From a phage: DNA of 47,147 bases. This document shows positions 18,464 through 27,072 of this stretch, piece after piece. Location of the stretch: the sequence record PZ787336.1. The stretch is one strand, 5' to 3'. The notes beneath the pieces are model-generated. The model did no database searches, had not been told where the DNA came from, and saw only the letters and a list, made by a program, of their open reading frames with translations. Positions within the stretch are counted from its first letter, which is position 1, and each line of letters begins with the position of its first letter. A program made the translations under genes and the position numbers.

Positions 18464-18738
18464 TGTCTTTTTGCGACATCACAATCGCGCAGCGAAACGC
18501 GAACTTCACCAACATTACTGACACTTCCGCACAACTTGTATCACTGAACAGCGACGGCAGCGCAGTGCTGAAAATCGGCACAGAAACAGCGCAATTCATC
18601 GTGCAGAATCTGTCGCAGGCAAACGCGAAGCAGGTGCTTATTAGCACTGGTAGCGTGCTGTTTCTGGCTGGTAATTACAATGCACCGAATCTTGAGTGCT
18701 CACTGGTGCGGATTGTGGAGGATCATAATGGCGAGTAA
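18463..18738 (+). CDS. hypothetical protein
   Basis: 91 aa ORF coupled to upstream stop. Confidence 0.4.
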   Translation: MSFCDITIAQRNANFTNITDTSAQLVSLNSDGSAVLKIGTETAQFIVQNLSQANAKQVLISTGSVLFLAGNYNAPNLECSLVRIVEDHNGE

Positions 18739-19105
18739 GCCGATTCTTACGGAGGGTAGGCGCGGTAAGTCATGGCTATCCTACCCAAGTCAGTATATGT
18801 ACGATGGCTGGAGAATCGCATTCCCTGCAAAGCATTCCAATGGCAACCCAAGATTGGCTATCCTGTTCAATGAACGTAGCAATGAATGCAGCGGAACGGA
18901 AATTCAAACATTCGATTTGTATCTGCCAGCGAGTGGGAGGATGTATGAAGGGAGTGATGACGAAGCCAGATTTAGGAAGGAAAACTCACCAGCTGCCTAC
19001 ATCGTTACGGATAATCGAGGTAAACGCTATCTGGTGTTTTCTGGTAGCACTGAGCATCAGAATGCAATTATGTTTGGGTACAAGATGGAGGCGCTTTATG
19101 CGTGA
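18728..19105 (+). CDS. hypothetical protein
   Basis: 126 aa from ATG 18728 with GGAGG RBS; the track ORF starts earlier at 18680. Confidence 0.45.
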   Translation: MASKPILTEGRRGKSWLSYPSQYMYDGWRIAFPAKHSNGNPRLAILFNERSNECSGTEIQTFDLYLPASGRMYEGSDDEARFRKENSPAAYIVTDNRGKRYLVFSGSTEHQNAIMFGYKMEALYA

Positions 19106-19130
19106 CATTGGCTACGGAGAAGGTTAAAAC

Positions 19131-19156
19131 AAAGCCCCATCACGGGGCTTTTTTAT
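19131..19156. terminator. bidirectional rho-independent terminator
   Basis: GCCCCatcacGGGGC followed by tttttt, preceded by A-run. Confidence 0.65.
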
Positions 19157-19631
19157 TACGCAGAGAATTATACTGTGCCTCACACGTCAATCCTGCCTCT
19201 CTCGCCCTGTCAGCGTAATCTGCCAGCTGTTGATTTCTTTCGACAGATTTGCGGAGCACGTCTGCAAGCAAAACTCCGGTTTCTGCGGCTGGGTTGCCAA
19301 TGGACTCAGCGGTGGAATATCCGACGAGCTGCTTGCGGATACTGGTGAGTTGTTGCTGCAACCTGCCAGACTTAGCGACAGCATTAACAGCATCATTGCG
19401 CGCAGCATCAATCCTTTGCTGTGCGTCGGCCTGAATCTTTTGCAGTTCTGCATTGCGTCGTTGCTCCTCTTGTTCGTCTGCGGCCTTCTGTTCTGCGACT
19501 GCCTTCGCGTATCCGGCGGCATATTGTTGCTCGCCATAACCGGACACTTTATTTGCCACCCACAACGCGCCAGCGGCAACAATTATAATAATTGCCAGCG
19601 GTCGCCAGTATTTAACGAGAATCGACATCAT
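19140..19631 (-). CDS. Rz: i-spanin (Rz-like)
   Basis: 163 aa, N-terminal transmembrane helix, Ala/Gln/Arg-rich coiled-coil-like periplasmic region; follows endolysin and holin candidate. Confidence 0.65.
   Translation of the reverse strand: MMSILVKYWRPLAIIIIVAAGALWVANKVSGYGEQQYAAGYAKAVAEQKAADEQEEQRRNAELQKIQADAQQRIDAARNDAVNAVAKSGRLQQQLTSIRKQLVGYSTAESIGNPAAETGVLLADVLRKSVERNQQLADYADRAREAGLTCEAQYNSLRNKKAP
19187..19408 (-). CDS. Rz1: o-spanin (Rz1-like lipoprotein) embedded in the Rz gene in another frame
   Basis: MLRAMMLLMLSLSLAGC signal with LAGC lipobox, Pro-rich mature part, fully nested in 19140..19631. Confidence 0.5.
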   Translation of the reverse strand: MLRAMMLLMLSLSLAGCSNNSPVSASSSSDIPPLSPLATQPQKPEFCLQTCSANLSKEINSWQITLTGRERQD

Positions 19632-19851
19632 TGCGCAGCCTCCGGTTTTCCTTCCTCATGCCGTGCATTTTGCCGAGGATGCCGACAAGCATAATTGAGT
19701 AACTCACACCTTTGACCACGATTGGCGGTAGCGCTGCTTTCAGGTCATCCGGCATCATTACCCACACATGCATCATTGCATCAGGCCATAGTTGTAACAG
19801 CGAGCAGAATGAAATCCACGCGGCGAGCAGCCAGTTGCTTAGCTTTTTCAT
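19612..19851 (-). CDS. putative holin (two transmembrane segments, charged C-terminus)
   Basis: 79 aa membrane protein between endolysin and Rz; ATG overlaps the endolysin stop (ATGA). Confidence 0.4.
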   Translation of the reverse strand: MKKLSNWLLAAWISFCSLLQLWPDAMMHVWVMMPDDLKAALPPIVVKGVSYSIMLVGILGKMHGMRKENRRLRNDVDSR

Positions 19852-20311
19852 GCCACAGCTCCGCCAGCCTCTTTGTATACCTGAATCAGCTTATCCAGCT
19901 TCTGCTCATGCTGACCATACCCAGCGCCCGGCAATGAGGCCCAGCGGGAGCGGCATTTATGGATGGCATCAGCAATGCGACCAGCCTCAATATCAGCGGT
20001 GGCCTTGCATTCACGGATTAGCTGCATTGCAATGGCGTCCTGCGATGCGGGGAGAAGTCCGGTAAACGCAATTGCTTTTTGTACGCATCATAAAACTTAG
20101 CCAGTACCTGATAGCGACCGGCGGCGGTGGATTTAATGCCCAGCCTTGGCAGGCTAATCAGCTTGCGCGGGTGGTCGGAATAGTCGGTAAACAGTGAGCC
20201 GCCAACAATCACATCATAACCATGATTATTGGTTTTCTGCCGCCCGTTATCAGTGCCCTCGCTGTACGCCAGCATATCCAGAAACGCCTTCATGTTTTTA
20301 CTAATAGCCAT
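19848..20311 (-). CDS. endolysin, lambda R-like lytic transglycosylase, apparent -1 frameshift
   Basis: N-terminal KAFLDMLAYSEGTDNGRQKTNNHGYDVIVGG...DFSP closely matches lambda R; the C-terminal SQDAIAMQ...WASLPGAGYGQHE continues in another frame after a C4 run (plus 20049-20052). Confidence 0.8.
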
Positions 20312-20579
20312 ACCAGTAAACCTCTTTTTCAGCTTTGCGTTTTGCTTTGTCGCCAGTCTTCTCGCCCCACGCGATGAAATGCGCAACAGCACATGAGAAG
20401 CAGCGGAGGTTGTGCTTCTTCAGAAGCGTTGATTTACGGAACGCGTAAATGCCAATGTCGGTGGCAAGACTTGCCAGCGCGTCGAACTGATTCTGCGTTG
20501 TCTCGGTAGTGATGTAAGGCGATACATCCACGGCATCGGTAATTCCAAACGTCTCCACGCCTCGTTGCGATAGTTTCAT
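20301..20579 (-). CDS. hypothetical protein upstream of endolysin
   Basis: 92 aa with GGAGG RBS; stop overlaps the endolysin ATG; no clear transmembrane helix, so not called holin. Confidence 0.4.
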   Translation of the reverse strand: MKLSQRGVETFGITDAVDVSPYITTETTQNQFDALASLATDIGIYAFRKSTLLKKHNLRCFSCAVAHFIAWGEKTGDKAKRKAEKEVYWYGY

Positions 20580-20605
20580 TCTGCCTCCAGTTCAAATAAT
20601 GATTA

Positions 20606-20616
20606 ATTCTATCACA
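20606..20616 (-). promoter_or_regulatory. extended -10-like promoter (TGTGATAGAAT on minus) for the lysis operon
   Basis: about 20 nt upstream of the ATG at 20579. Confidence 0.4.
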
Positions 20617-20623
20617 ATGACTA

Positions 20624-20654
20624 TTGACGTAGATTGAGTGGTGGTGCATAGTAT
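20624..20654 (+). promoter_or_regulatory. sigma70-like promoter TTGACG...TAGTAT
   Basis: TTGACG 20624-20629 followed by tagattga; TAGTAT 20649-20654; 30 nt upstream of the ATG at 20685. Confidence 0.5.
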
Positions 20655-20684
20655 CTACATCAAATGATGAGTGAGGGAGAAATC

Positions 20685-20828
20685 ATGGCAATAGTCAAAT
20701 TCAAAGAAAGCGGTTGTCGCAGAATGTTCAGCCTTGAGCAAATCAAAATCCGTCCGTGCGGCAAGGTGGTTGCGCCATTTAGTCTGGTGCAGATGCGCGA
20801 AGTTGAGATTGTTGAATATATTAAGTGA
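20685..20828 (+). CDS. hypothetical small protein (47 aa)
   Basis: GAGGGAG RBS; below the track length cutoff. Confidence 0.35.
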   Translation: MAIVKFKESGCRRMFSLEQIKIRPCGKVVAPFSLVQMREVEIVEYIK

Positions 20829-20836
20829 GGTTGGTG

Positions 20837-21088
20837 ATGAAAGAATTTAAAGGAATCCCTGGGTCGTGGCATTACGATGATGAACTTGGTGGGGTCTATA
20901 GTAATGGCGACCAATTCGTGTGCGATGTTACCAATAAGGATGATGCCAACGTCATCGCTGCAGCACCTGAGCTTCTGGAGGCTTTGCAGAAAATGCTCAG
21001 TAAAGCGTATAAGCAAAACTGGAATGACGCATACCCAGAAGTGATTAAATCAGCACAGGATGCAATCAACAAAGCGCTAGGAGAATGA
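20837..21088 (+). CDS. hypothetical protein, paralog of 38762..39043
   Basis: shared EFKG..G(A/S)W, IAAAPELL.ALQ and AINKALG motifs with the second copy. Confidence 0.5.
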   Translation: MKEFKGIPGSWHYDDELGGVYSNGDQFVCDVTNKDDANVIAAAPELLEALQKMLSKAYKQNWNDAYPEVIKSAQDAINKALGE

Positions 21089-21089
21089 A

Positions 21090-21740
21090 ATGAAACTTAT
21101 CGAACTGTTAGTTCAAGAATTACCTAAGCGTGGTGGGTGGAACGAAAACTGGGTGGTGGTTACGCAAGATGCCGACGGCTATTTCTGTTGCTGGCGTTAT
21201 GATGACCCAAGATACAATGGATTTGGCTGGAGACACAGAACAGGAAAGGGTTTAGTTGGATACTGGCGAGTTGATAATGATGTTGTTTTATCATGCGACA
21301 GTACGAAGGCAATGGTAACTAGAAGCCAATACGAATCCGCACTCGCAGCATCACAAAAGCCAACATGGAGCGGCGAAGGCCTACCTCCAGTTGGTGCAAA
21401 AGTAGAATTCTTCATCAATCCAAAGTTAGGATACCGCAATGCCTGGATTCCTGATGCCGGCACTGAAATGGAAGTTGTGGCGCACAAGACAACAACGGAC
21501 GGAAACGATGTTGCTGTTTGCTATTGGGATGAAGGTGGTGCTGGTCGGTCATGCTGCTTCGTACCGGAAAGCCTAAAACCACTACGCACAGAAGCAGAAA
21601 GGAAACATGAGGCCGTACTTGAATCTATCTGTGCGGTATTAGAAATGGTGGCGCAAGATTACAAGCGCGAGGATGGGGCCAAGCTAATTTATGAAGCCAT
21701 CGCAGCAGGCAAAATTCCCGGCGTGAAACTTGATGATTAA
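21090..21740 (+). CDS. hypothetical protein (216 aa)
   Basis: ORF followed by a terminator; no recognised domain. Confidence 0.5.
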   Translation: MKLIELLVQELPKRGGWNENWVVVTQDADGYFCCWRYDDPRYNGFGWRHRTGKGLVGYWRVDNDVVLSCDSTKAMVTRSQYESALAASQKPTWSGEGLPPVGAKVEFFINPKLGYRNAWIPDAGTEMEVVAHKTTTDGNDVAVCYWDEGGAGRSCCFVPESLKPLRTEAERKHEAVLESICAVLEMVAQDYKREDGAKLIYEAIAAGKIPGVKLDD

Positions 21741-21814
21741 AACAATATTCAGCGTCGTAGAGATATTGTGCTATGCGATAATAGTATTTGTTCTGTGCAT
21801 GCTGATAAGATAAA

Positions 21815-21845
21815 ACCAAGCCCTCACTTAGAGGGCTTTTTGTTT
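21815..21845. terminator. bidirectional rho-independent terminator
   Basis: AAGCCCTCacttaGAGGGCTT followed by tttttgttt. Confidence 0.65.
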
Positions 21846-21858
21846 ACCGATTGCCATG

Positions 21859-22946
21859 CTAATTATTCATTATTTCATTCATTAATTCCGGTGAATACTT
21901 TAGCCACTCGGTGCATCCATTGAACCCACTAAGTCCAGCGGACTCATATCTATTATGATAATCGCTCTCCATTGATATTGCATCAACGCCTGAAAGTTTT
22001 ACGTACTTAATCACCTCAAACTCAAATGGCGTACTGCTTCTTAGTTGCATAATGCGTTGCTTTATTTTATTGGTTATCCCCACCTTTATTCCTTTCTCGC
22101 TCATTAGGAAGTAAACATACGATTTCTTATTCTTATCAAATCCTGTTACAGCGCATGATGGACATCCAGAACCTTGTATATGATGTGATGCTCGCTGTAC
22201 GAATACTCCATGGATGGGGCATGTTATTGACACGTTGGAGAGGGAGTTCTTGTAGCCGCACTTATCATAAATGTATTTATCTCCATGGACCGCCATTGAT
22301 TTTCTAGCAAAATCAGCTTCACTATCAGTTTGTGATTTTACTTGCTTGCTCTTACCGCAGGACGGACATCCACATCCAATCAGATGCACTGATGGTTTTT
22401 GCAATAAAACCCCATGAATTTCGCAAAGTATCATTACTTCTTTATTGTTTGCCTCATACTTAACGAGTGAGTAATCATATCTGTCACCATGAATGCCCTT
22501 TGATTTCTCAATAAACAGATCATTGCCAAGAGAATAAGACTTTGCTCTCTTTATGAGTCCGCAGCTAGGGCATCCCTGGCCATGTAAGTGATCTGATGGT
22601 CTTTGTTCAAATTCACCATGTCTTCGACAAACTATTACAACTTTTGATTCGCAATCTTTGTATTTAACTTTCGAGTATTCGTATGTATTAGAATGGATTT
22701 TTTTGCTTTTAATATAAACGATTCTGCATCGCTTCTTTTTGCGTTGCCTCTTCTGATGCACGCACACGCCGGACATCCATTACCAGCTAAATGATTTGAT
22801 GGTGATTGCATAAAATCACCATGCTCGCGACAGGTAATGATGACTTTAGTTTTTGAATTTTTGTAATTAGTCTTTGAATAATCATAACGATCGCCATATC
22901 GACAGATTACTTCAGAGATAAAGCGTGATGTCTTTTCTTTTGACAT
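21859..22946 (-). CDS. homing-endonuclease-like protein with tandem CPxCG zinc-ribbon repeats and C-terminal T5orf172 (GIY-YIG-like) domain, apparent frameshift
   Basis: first repeat unit in ORF 22635..22946, further units and the YVYFLMSEKGIKVGIT...TEW domain in ORF 21859..22776; frames meet at an A7 run (plus T7 at 22698-22704). Confidence 0.6.
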
Positions 22947-23027
22947 GATAACCTCGTGTAGGTTCGTGATGAAGATTGCAGCAGGGCGTCACGTTCACCT
23001 TTTCGACTGGCCGGTCTAGCTGCACTT

Positions 23028-23042
23028 GTGATTATATCACTT
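23028..23042 (-). promoter_or_regulatory. extended -10 promoter (GTGATATAAT on minus strand)
   Basis: identical 13-mer gtgattatatcac to the one at 5443-5455; upstream of the endonuclease-like gene. Confidence 0.45.
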
Positions 23043-23990
23043 CTCGTGCTGTGATTCCCATTTTTCTCTTGCCATCACCATCTTATTAAGAGATGACTCA
23101 AGCATGATTACATTGCCATTTTCATCTAACATGCATGGTGTTTGCGCACAGTGGCAGCGATAGCGATTTCCGTCCTTTGAGTAAAATTCCTCTACATCCT
23201 CCGGGCTAAAAGCGCGTGCGTGTCTGGCTGAGTGCGTGGCGCGGGTGGTTTTTAATAATGCCGACACCCAAAAAAGCGCGCTATTTAGCCCCAAAATAAT
23301 CTTTGATTCCTGAACTTCGTCAGACTGCGACTTACGTAAAATGCCTGTAAGCTCGGTTTGGGCAATATTTTTTGCTCGTGATTCACTTACACCGACGCGC
23401 TTAATGATGTCTGATTCAATATCTCTCGGATTAGAACCAACGGCGATAGCATTCATGATCACTTGAGATAAATCATTTCTCGCCGCGTCACCAATGCCAA
23501 CCCAATCACTGTAAGTGGTGGCATTGGCAATAGATAGACGCTGCAAATATGGCTCCGAGTAAATAATGTCTGCAATTGAACGGCGCTCAGCATAGAGTGG
23601 AGACATAGCTGCCAGTTGTTGTTGCGCCTCGACCGTTCCAGCCGAATAGGCGTCAGCGACATAAATTGACATCCAGAACTGACCTGCATTCATTGGCTGT
23701 GTGTCGTCAAGCAGGATTTCATCAATTAGCTGTTGCAACGCCTCATTGAATTGAGCCGCCCGAGCAGCTGAAAAATCATACCTGTAACCATAGGCATCAA
23801 TGGAGTTAATTGCGGCAACTGGGATTGACCTGAATAAGTCTATGACTGAAGATTTAAGGCGCTTGTATCGCGCCTCAATCTGTTTATTTGCCTTGCTTAG
23901 TCTCCTGTTGGCTCCAACAGGGTCTGTTTTGCTGGTTGGTATTTTCGGACCAACCAGTCTGGCACTAACCTTAAAGATTTTGATTTTCAT
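23037..23990 (-). CDS. head morphogenesis protein (minor head protein, SPP1 gp7 / Mu F-like position)
   Basis: about 318 aa immediately downstream of the portal gene; the track ORF extends to 24065. Confidence 0.6.
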   Translation of the reverse strand: MKIKIFKVSARLVGPKIPTSKTDPVGANRRLSKANKQIEARYKRLKSSVIDLFRSIPVAAINSIDAYGYRYDFSAARAAQFNEALQQLIDEILLDDTQPMNAGQFWMSIYVADAYSAGTVEAQQQLAAMSPLYAERRSIADIIYSEPYLQRLSIANATTYSDWVGIGDAARNDLSQVIMNAIAVGSNPRDIESDIIKRVGVSESRAKNIAQTELTGILRKSQSDEVQESKIILGLNSALFWVSALLKTTRATHSARHARAFSPEDVEEFYSKDGNRYRCHCAQTPCMLDENGNVIMLESSLNKMVMAREKWESQHEK

Positions 23991-25374
23991 CGTCAGGATT
24001 ACCCTCAGTGACGACCTGGATTTCTTCAATCGGCTCCATACCAACCATACCGCGAGCCTCATCAACGGTCAGCAGCGCAGATTGACCAGCATCAAAGAAC
24101 GACTTATTAGCAGTGGCGAGCTTGGACAGCAATTCCGCTTTATCCAGCTCTGAAGGTGCAAGCAGGTCATCCCACTTAACCTTGTAGCCATTTGTCGGTG
24201 CTTTATCGACAATGCCAAACTGAATCATGCGCTCAACGAACATTGAGATAACATAGTCAACCCACGTTTCGCGTCGCTGCTTGGCGGTCATCGCCTCCTG
24301 CATCTTGTCTTCATCGCTCGCAAGGCGTCCGGTTTGCTGACCAAAAATGACGGTGAACGGAAGCGCCATTGATGCAGCGAACTGGTTGGCAGCCACTTCC
24401 CACGTAGGTTTTGGGTCGGCGGGCGTCACAGCGAGCACCTTTGCATCCGCGCCCATTGTGAACATGGCTGCGTCAATCCCGGAGTTCAGCGCCTCAATAT
24501 TCTCATTCATGATATCGGTGAGTTCTTCAATATCGACACCCATAGACTGCGCAAGGCTTGCTGGCGTTACGTTGTCCTTCGTGTAGTTAACAGCCAGTTG
24601 ACGGCTGGCATTCTTCAGGAATCCTTCCGCAGAGCTGCCGGAAACTTTAGCCATGTCGATAAGGCTATTGTAACCAGCACGCAGCATCGGGATGCCGCTG
24701 AACATGCTGCCATCAAAACTACCCTCAGCAAGAATAATGATGCGGTCAGGATGAATCTGCACGGAACGCTCAGGTTTGCCGTCGCTGTCGAAATCTTCCA
24801 CGGCGCTTTCCTGATACTCGTACATCTCAGGCATTCCGTAGTCTTCGCTGGTTTCGTCGTTATTCCATGCGCTAACGCGTAGCTGCTCTTCCCATACCGG
24901 AATAAAGCGAACGATGGATTTATCTTTAATGCGGCGGGTTTTGGTGATGTCTACCGGCTCACTCCATTGCTTGCCATCACGGATTTGCAGGATAACGGCG
25001 GAATAGCGGTTGATGGCATTGCGCTTGTCGGCCTCCTTGATGAATGGATAAGCACGCTTCATCATTTCGTTGATGGACAGCTCCCACGTCGTGGAGTTCT
25101 TGTCATCCTCGCCATCTTCTACCACTTCAGGGTATTTCTGCCAGCATTTATTAATAATGCGGTTAATACCAGCGGCGGCTGCTGGATGTCGCTCGTAGGC
25201 ATAGCGGAACATCTCAGCAGTGATTTCTTGCGGGTATCCCAGCTCCTTCCACATGAACTCACGTTTCTGGTCTAGATTCTTCCCGCCAGCACAAAGCCGC
25301 TGCTGCTGAATAGCCCGGTTATTGTTCGCTACGCGGTCGCGAATATAGGCGTTTAGTGCATCAATTTTGGACAT
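23971..25374 (-). CDS. portal protein
   Basis: 467 aa acidic protein between terminase region and head morphogenesis gene; size and position typical. Confidence 0.7.
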   Translation of the reverse strand: MSKIDALNAYIRDRVANNNRAIQQQRLCAGGKNLDQKREFMWKELGYPQEITAEMFRYAYERHPAAAAGINRIINKCWQKYPEVVEDGEDDKNSTTWELSINEMMKRAYPFIKEADKRNAINRYSAVILQIRDGKQWSEPVDITKTRRIKDKSIVRFIPVWEEQLRVSAWNNDETSEDYGMPEMYEYQESAVEDFDSDGKPERSVQIHPDRIIILAEGSFDGSMFSGIPMLRAGYNSLIDMAKVSGSSAEGFLKNASRQLAVNYTKDNVTPASLAQSMGVDIEELTDIMNENIEALNSGIDAAMFTMGADAKVLAVTPADPKPTWEVAANQFAASMALPFTVIFGQQTGRLASDEDKMQEAMTAKQRRETWVDYVISMFVERMIQFGIVDKAPTNGYKVKWDDLLAPSELDKAELLSKLATANKSFFDAGQSALLTVDEARGMVGMEPIEEIQVVTEGNPDDENQNL

Positions 25375-25420
25375 ATGTCACCAATAAAAAATCCCTCACG
25401 ATGGAGGGATTATAGCATGG

Positions 25421-25672
25421 TCACTTGTTGCGATTTCGATTTCTGTAGGCCGGATAGAATTTTGACAGAGGCCACACCCAGAATTTCCACAGCATCTCAT
25501 CGTAGCCCGGTAGCGCCTCATGGAATCTCTTGCCTGCTGCGTATCCATTAGGGTCTTCTTCATAGAAGAACTTTATAAACCCAATTCTCGCATCAGCAAC
25601 TGCGTTGTTCCTAACAAGCATATAAGCAATGAACACCATAACGATAAGACCAAAAATCATAACTGCCATCAT
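25421..25672 (-). CDS. hypothetical membrane protein
   Basis: N-terminal transmembrane helix MMAVMIFGLIVMVFIAYML; the track ORF starts at 25717. Confidence 0.4.
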   Translation of the reverse strand: MMAVMIFGLIVMVFIAYMLVRNNAVADARIGFIKFFYEEDPNGYAAGKRFHEALPGYDEMLWKFWVWPLSKFYPAYRNRNRNK

Positions 25673-25679
25673 CACACCT

Positions 25680-25841
25680 CTATTTGAAATATTGATACAG
25701 CAAGCATGGCACAACACCAGTTACCACAGCGAAAAATGAACCAACTATAAAGTGAATCCATCTCGGTTCATTCACTCCGGCAGCCATAGCCCACCAGAAC
25801 ATAAAGTTAAGTGGAATCCAGAACGACCAGAATATAGCCAT
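25680..25841 (-). CDS. hypothetical small membrane protein (53 aa)
   Basis: AAGGTGGAG RBS; Trp/Phe-rich hydrophobic sequence; start overlaps upstream stop. Confidence 0.35.
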   Translation of the reverse strand: MAIFWSFWIPLNFMFWWAMAAGVNEPRWIHFIVGSFFAVVTGVVPCLLYQYFK

Positions 25842-26050
25842 CACTCCACCTTTTCGAATTTATCAAAAATAACAGAAAGATTAAAAGCACCTCTTTCAGT
25901 GATTGACTGAATTTCTTTCACCTGCGCTCTCATGGCATCTTCATATGCACTAACTGCATCAGGTCCAATTGATAATCCGCAGAAACCACCAACGCTCGCC
26001 ACGATTCCTTGTCGCTCAATGTGACCGCAATAAAAATAAACGCTCATCAC
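25841..26050 (-). CDS. hypothetical protein
   Basis: 69 aa ORF coupled to neighbours. Confidence 0.4.
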   Translation of the reverse strand: MMSVYFYCGHIERQGIVASVGGFCGLSIGPDAVSAYEDAMRAQVKEIQSITERGAFNLSVIFDKFEKVE

Positions 26051-26214
26051 TCAATCTCCTCACCGTTAACCCAGCGTTGCAGGACTTCTATTAACTGAGC
26101 GGCTTGGTGTTTGTCAATCCTGACATAATCGCCAGTGAAATCCTGCACGCAAATGGTATCGTAATCCGTGAACGCATTAATCGCCATGCAGTTAACCGTT
26201 TCCTCAATTTTCAT
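26047..26214 (-). CDS. hypothetical small protein (55 aa)
   Basis: GAGGTGA RBS; stop overlaps next ATG (ATGA). Confidence 0.35.
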   Translation of the reverse strand: MKIEETVNCMAINAFTDYDTICVQDFTGDYVRIDKHQAAQLIEVLQRWVNGEEIE

Positions 26215-26222
26215 CGCTCACC

Positions 26223-26630
26223 TCAACAAAGCTCACCATCAGTTATCATCAACAACTTCTGCCATTTAGCCACCGGCCTGCACAGTTCGGCCTTCAGTCT
26301 GCTTAACGAGCCTGTGATATCAGGCCACTCGGTAAAAGGAATAAATCGCACAAACCGGTAATCAGCACCAGACCAGTGCCAGCCTAGCGTGTAATCAACA
26401 TAAGAGCCGTCTGACTGCATATTAATGTAATGTGCTGTTGCGCTATCATCATTAATCATAACTACCTCAACCACTGCGCACGAACTACCATCGCGAGCCT
26501 TGTTCACTGCATTCAGATGACAGGCGTGATTGTACAGGCCAGCGCCATCAATGAATGAGATATCAATCTTTTTGGTGTATTTCTTATCCGCAGCGTCGCG
26601 GATTATTTTCTTTAATTTCGATTTAATCAT
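26223..26630 (-). CDS. hypothetical protein
   Basis: 135 aa ORF. Confidence 0.45.
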   Translation of the reverse strand: MIKSKLKKIIRDAADKKYTKKIDISFIDGAGLYNHACHLNAVNKARDGSSCAVVEVVMINDDSATAHYINMQSDGSYVDYTLGWHWSGADYRFVRFIPFTEWPDITGSLSRLKAELCRPVAKWQKLLMITDGELC

Positions 26631-26859
26631 TGTTGTTAAACCTGTAGTCCCTACGCGCCGCTAAACTGTTTGTTTTATACTCATGGCCGCAATTTCGGCA
26701 TCTGCAAAAGTAATAATTTCCAACCCTCTTTACAGCATCGACGTTTTCCCAAACAATGCCGCCAAGCCCTAAAATGTAGTTACTGATGTTTTCGTTATAG
26801 CACCTGCTACACCTTAAAGACCTCTTCCTTCTACAGCTTCCTCGACCACCCATAATCAC
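26623..26859 (-). CDS. hypothetical Cys-rich (zinc-ribbon-like) protein
   Basis: CxxC ... CxxC pattern (CSRC...CRCRNCG). Confidence 0.4.
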   Translation of the reverse strand: MIMGGRGSCRRKRSLRCSRCYNENISNYILGLGGIVWENVDAVKRVGNYYFCRCRNCGHEYKTNSLAARRDYRFNNND

Positions 26860-26870
26860 CCTCTAAAAAA

Positions 26871-27068
26871 TCAGTTAACCATATAGTAAATATCATCACG
26901 AGCAAACTCATCAGCATCCTCCTGGCATTCAATTGCAACATCTTCATCATAATATGATGCTAACTGCCGCGCCGTAGCTCTGCGCTTTTTCTTGCTATTA
27001 CGCATATCTCTGAATACGCACAGTTCTTTATCATATGCCCGGACCATTCTTTTCATTATGCTTTTCAT
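26871..27068 (-). CDS. hypothetical protein
   Basis: 65 aa ORF. Confidence 0.4.
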   Translation of the reverse strand: MKSIMKRMVRAYDKELCVFRDMRNSKKKRRATARQLASYYDEDVAIECQEDADEFARDDIYYMVN

Positions 27069-27072
27069 GTTT

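Noticed and set aside
19187-19582. 131-aa ORF in the Rz region
   Set aside because: Only the C-terminal 74 codons beginning at the lipoprotein signal (19408) are plausible as Rz1; the upstream extension has no start context.
20434-20649. 71-aa His/Cys/Arg-rich ORF
   Set aside because: Overlaps the better-supported 20301..20579 ORF (which has an RBS) in another frame and extends into the promoter region.
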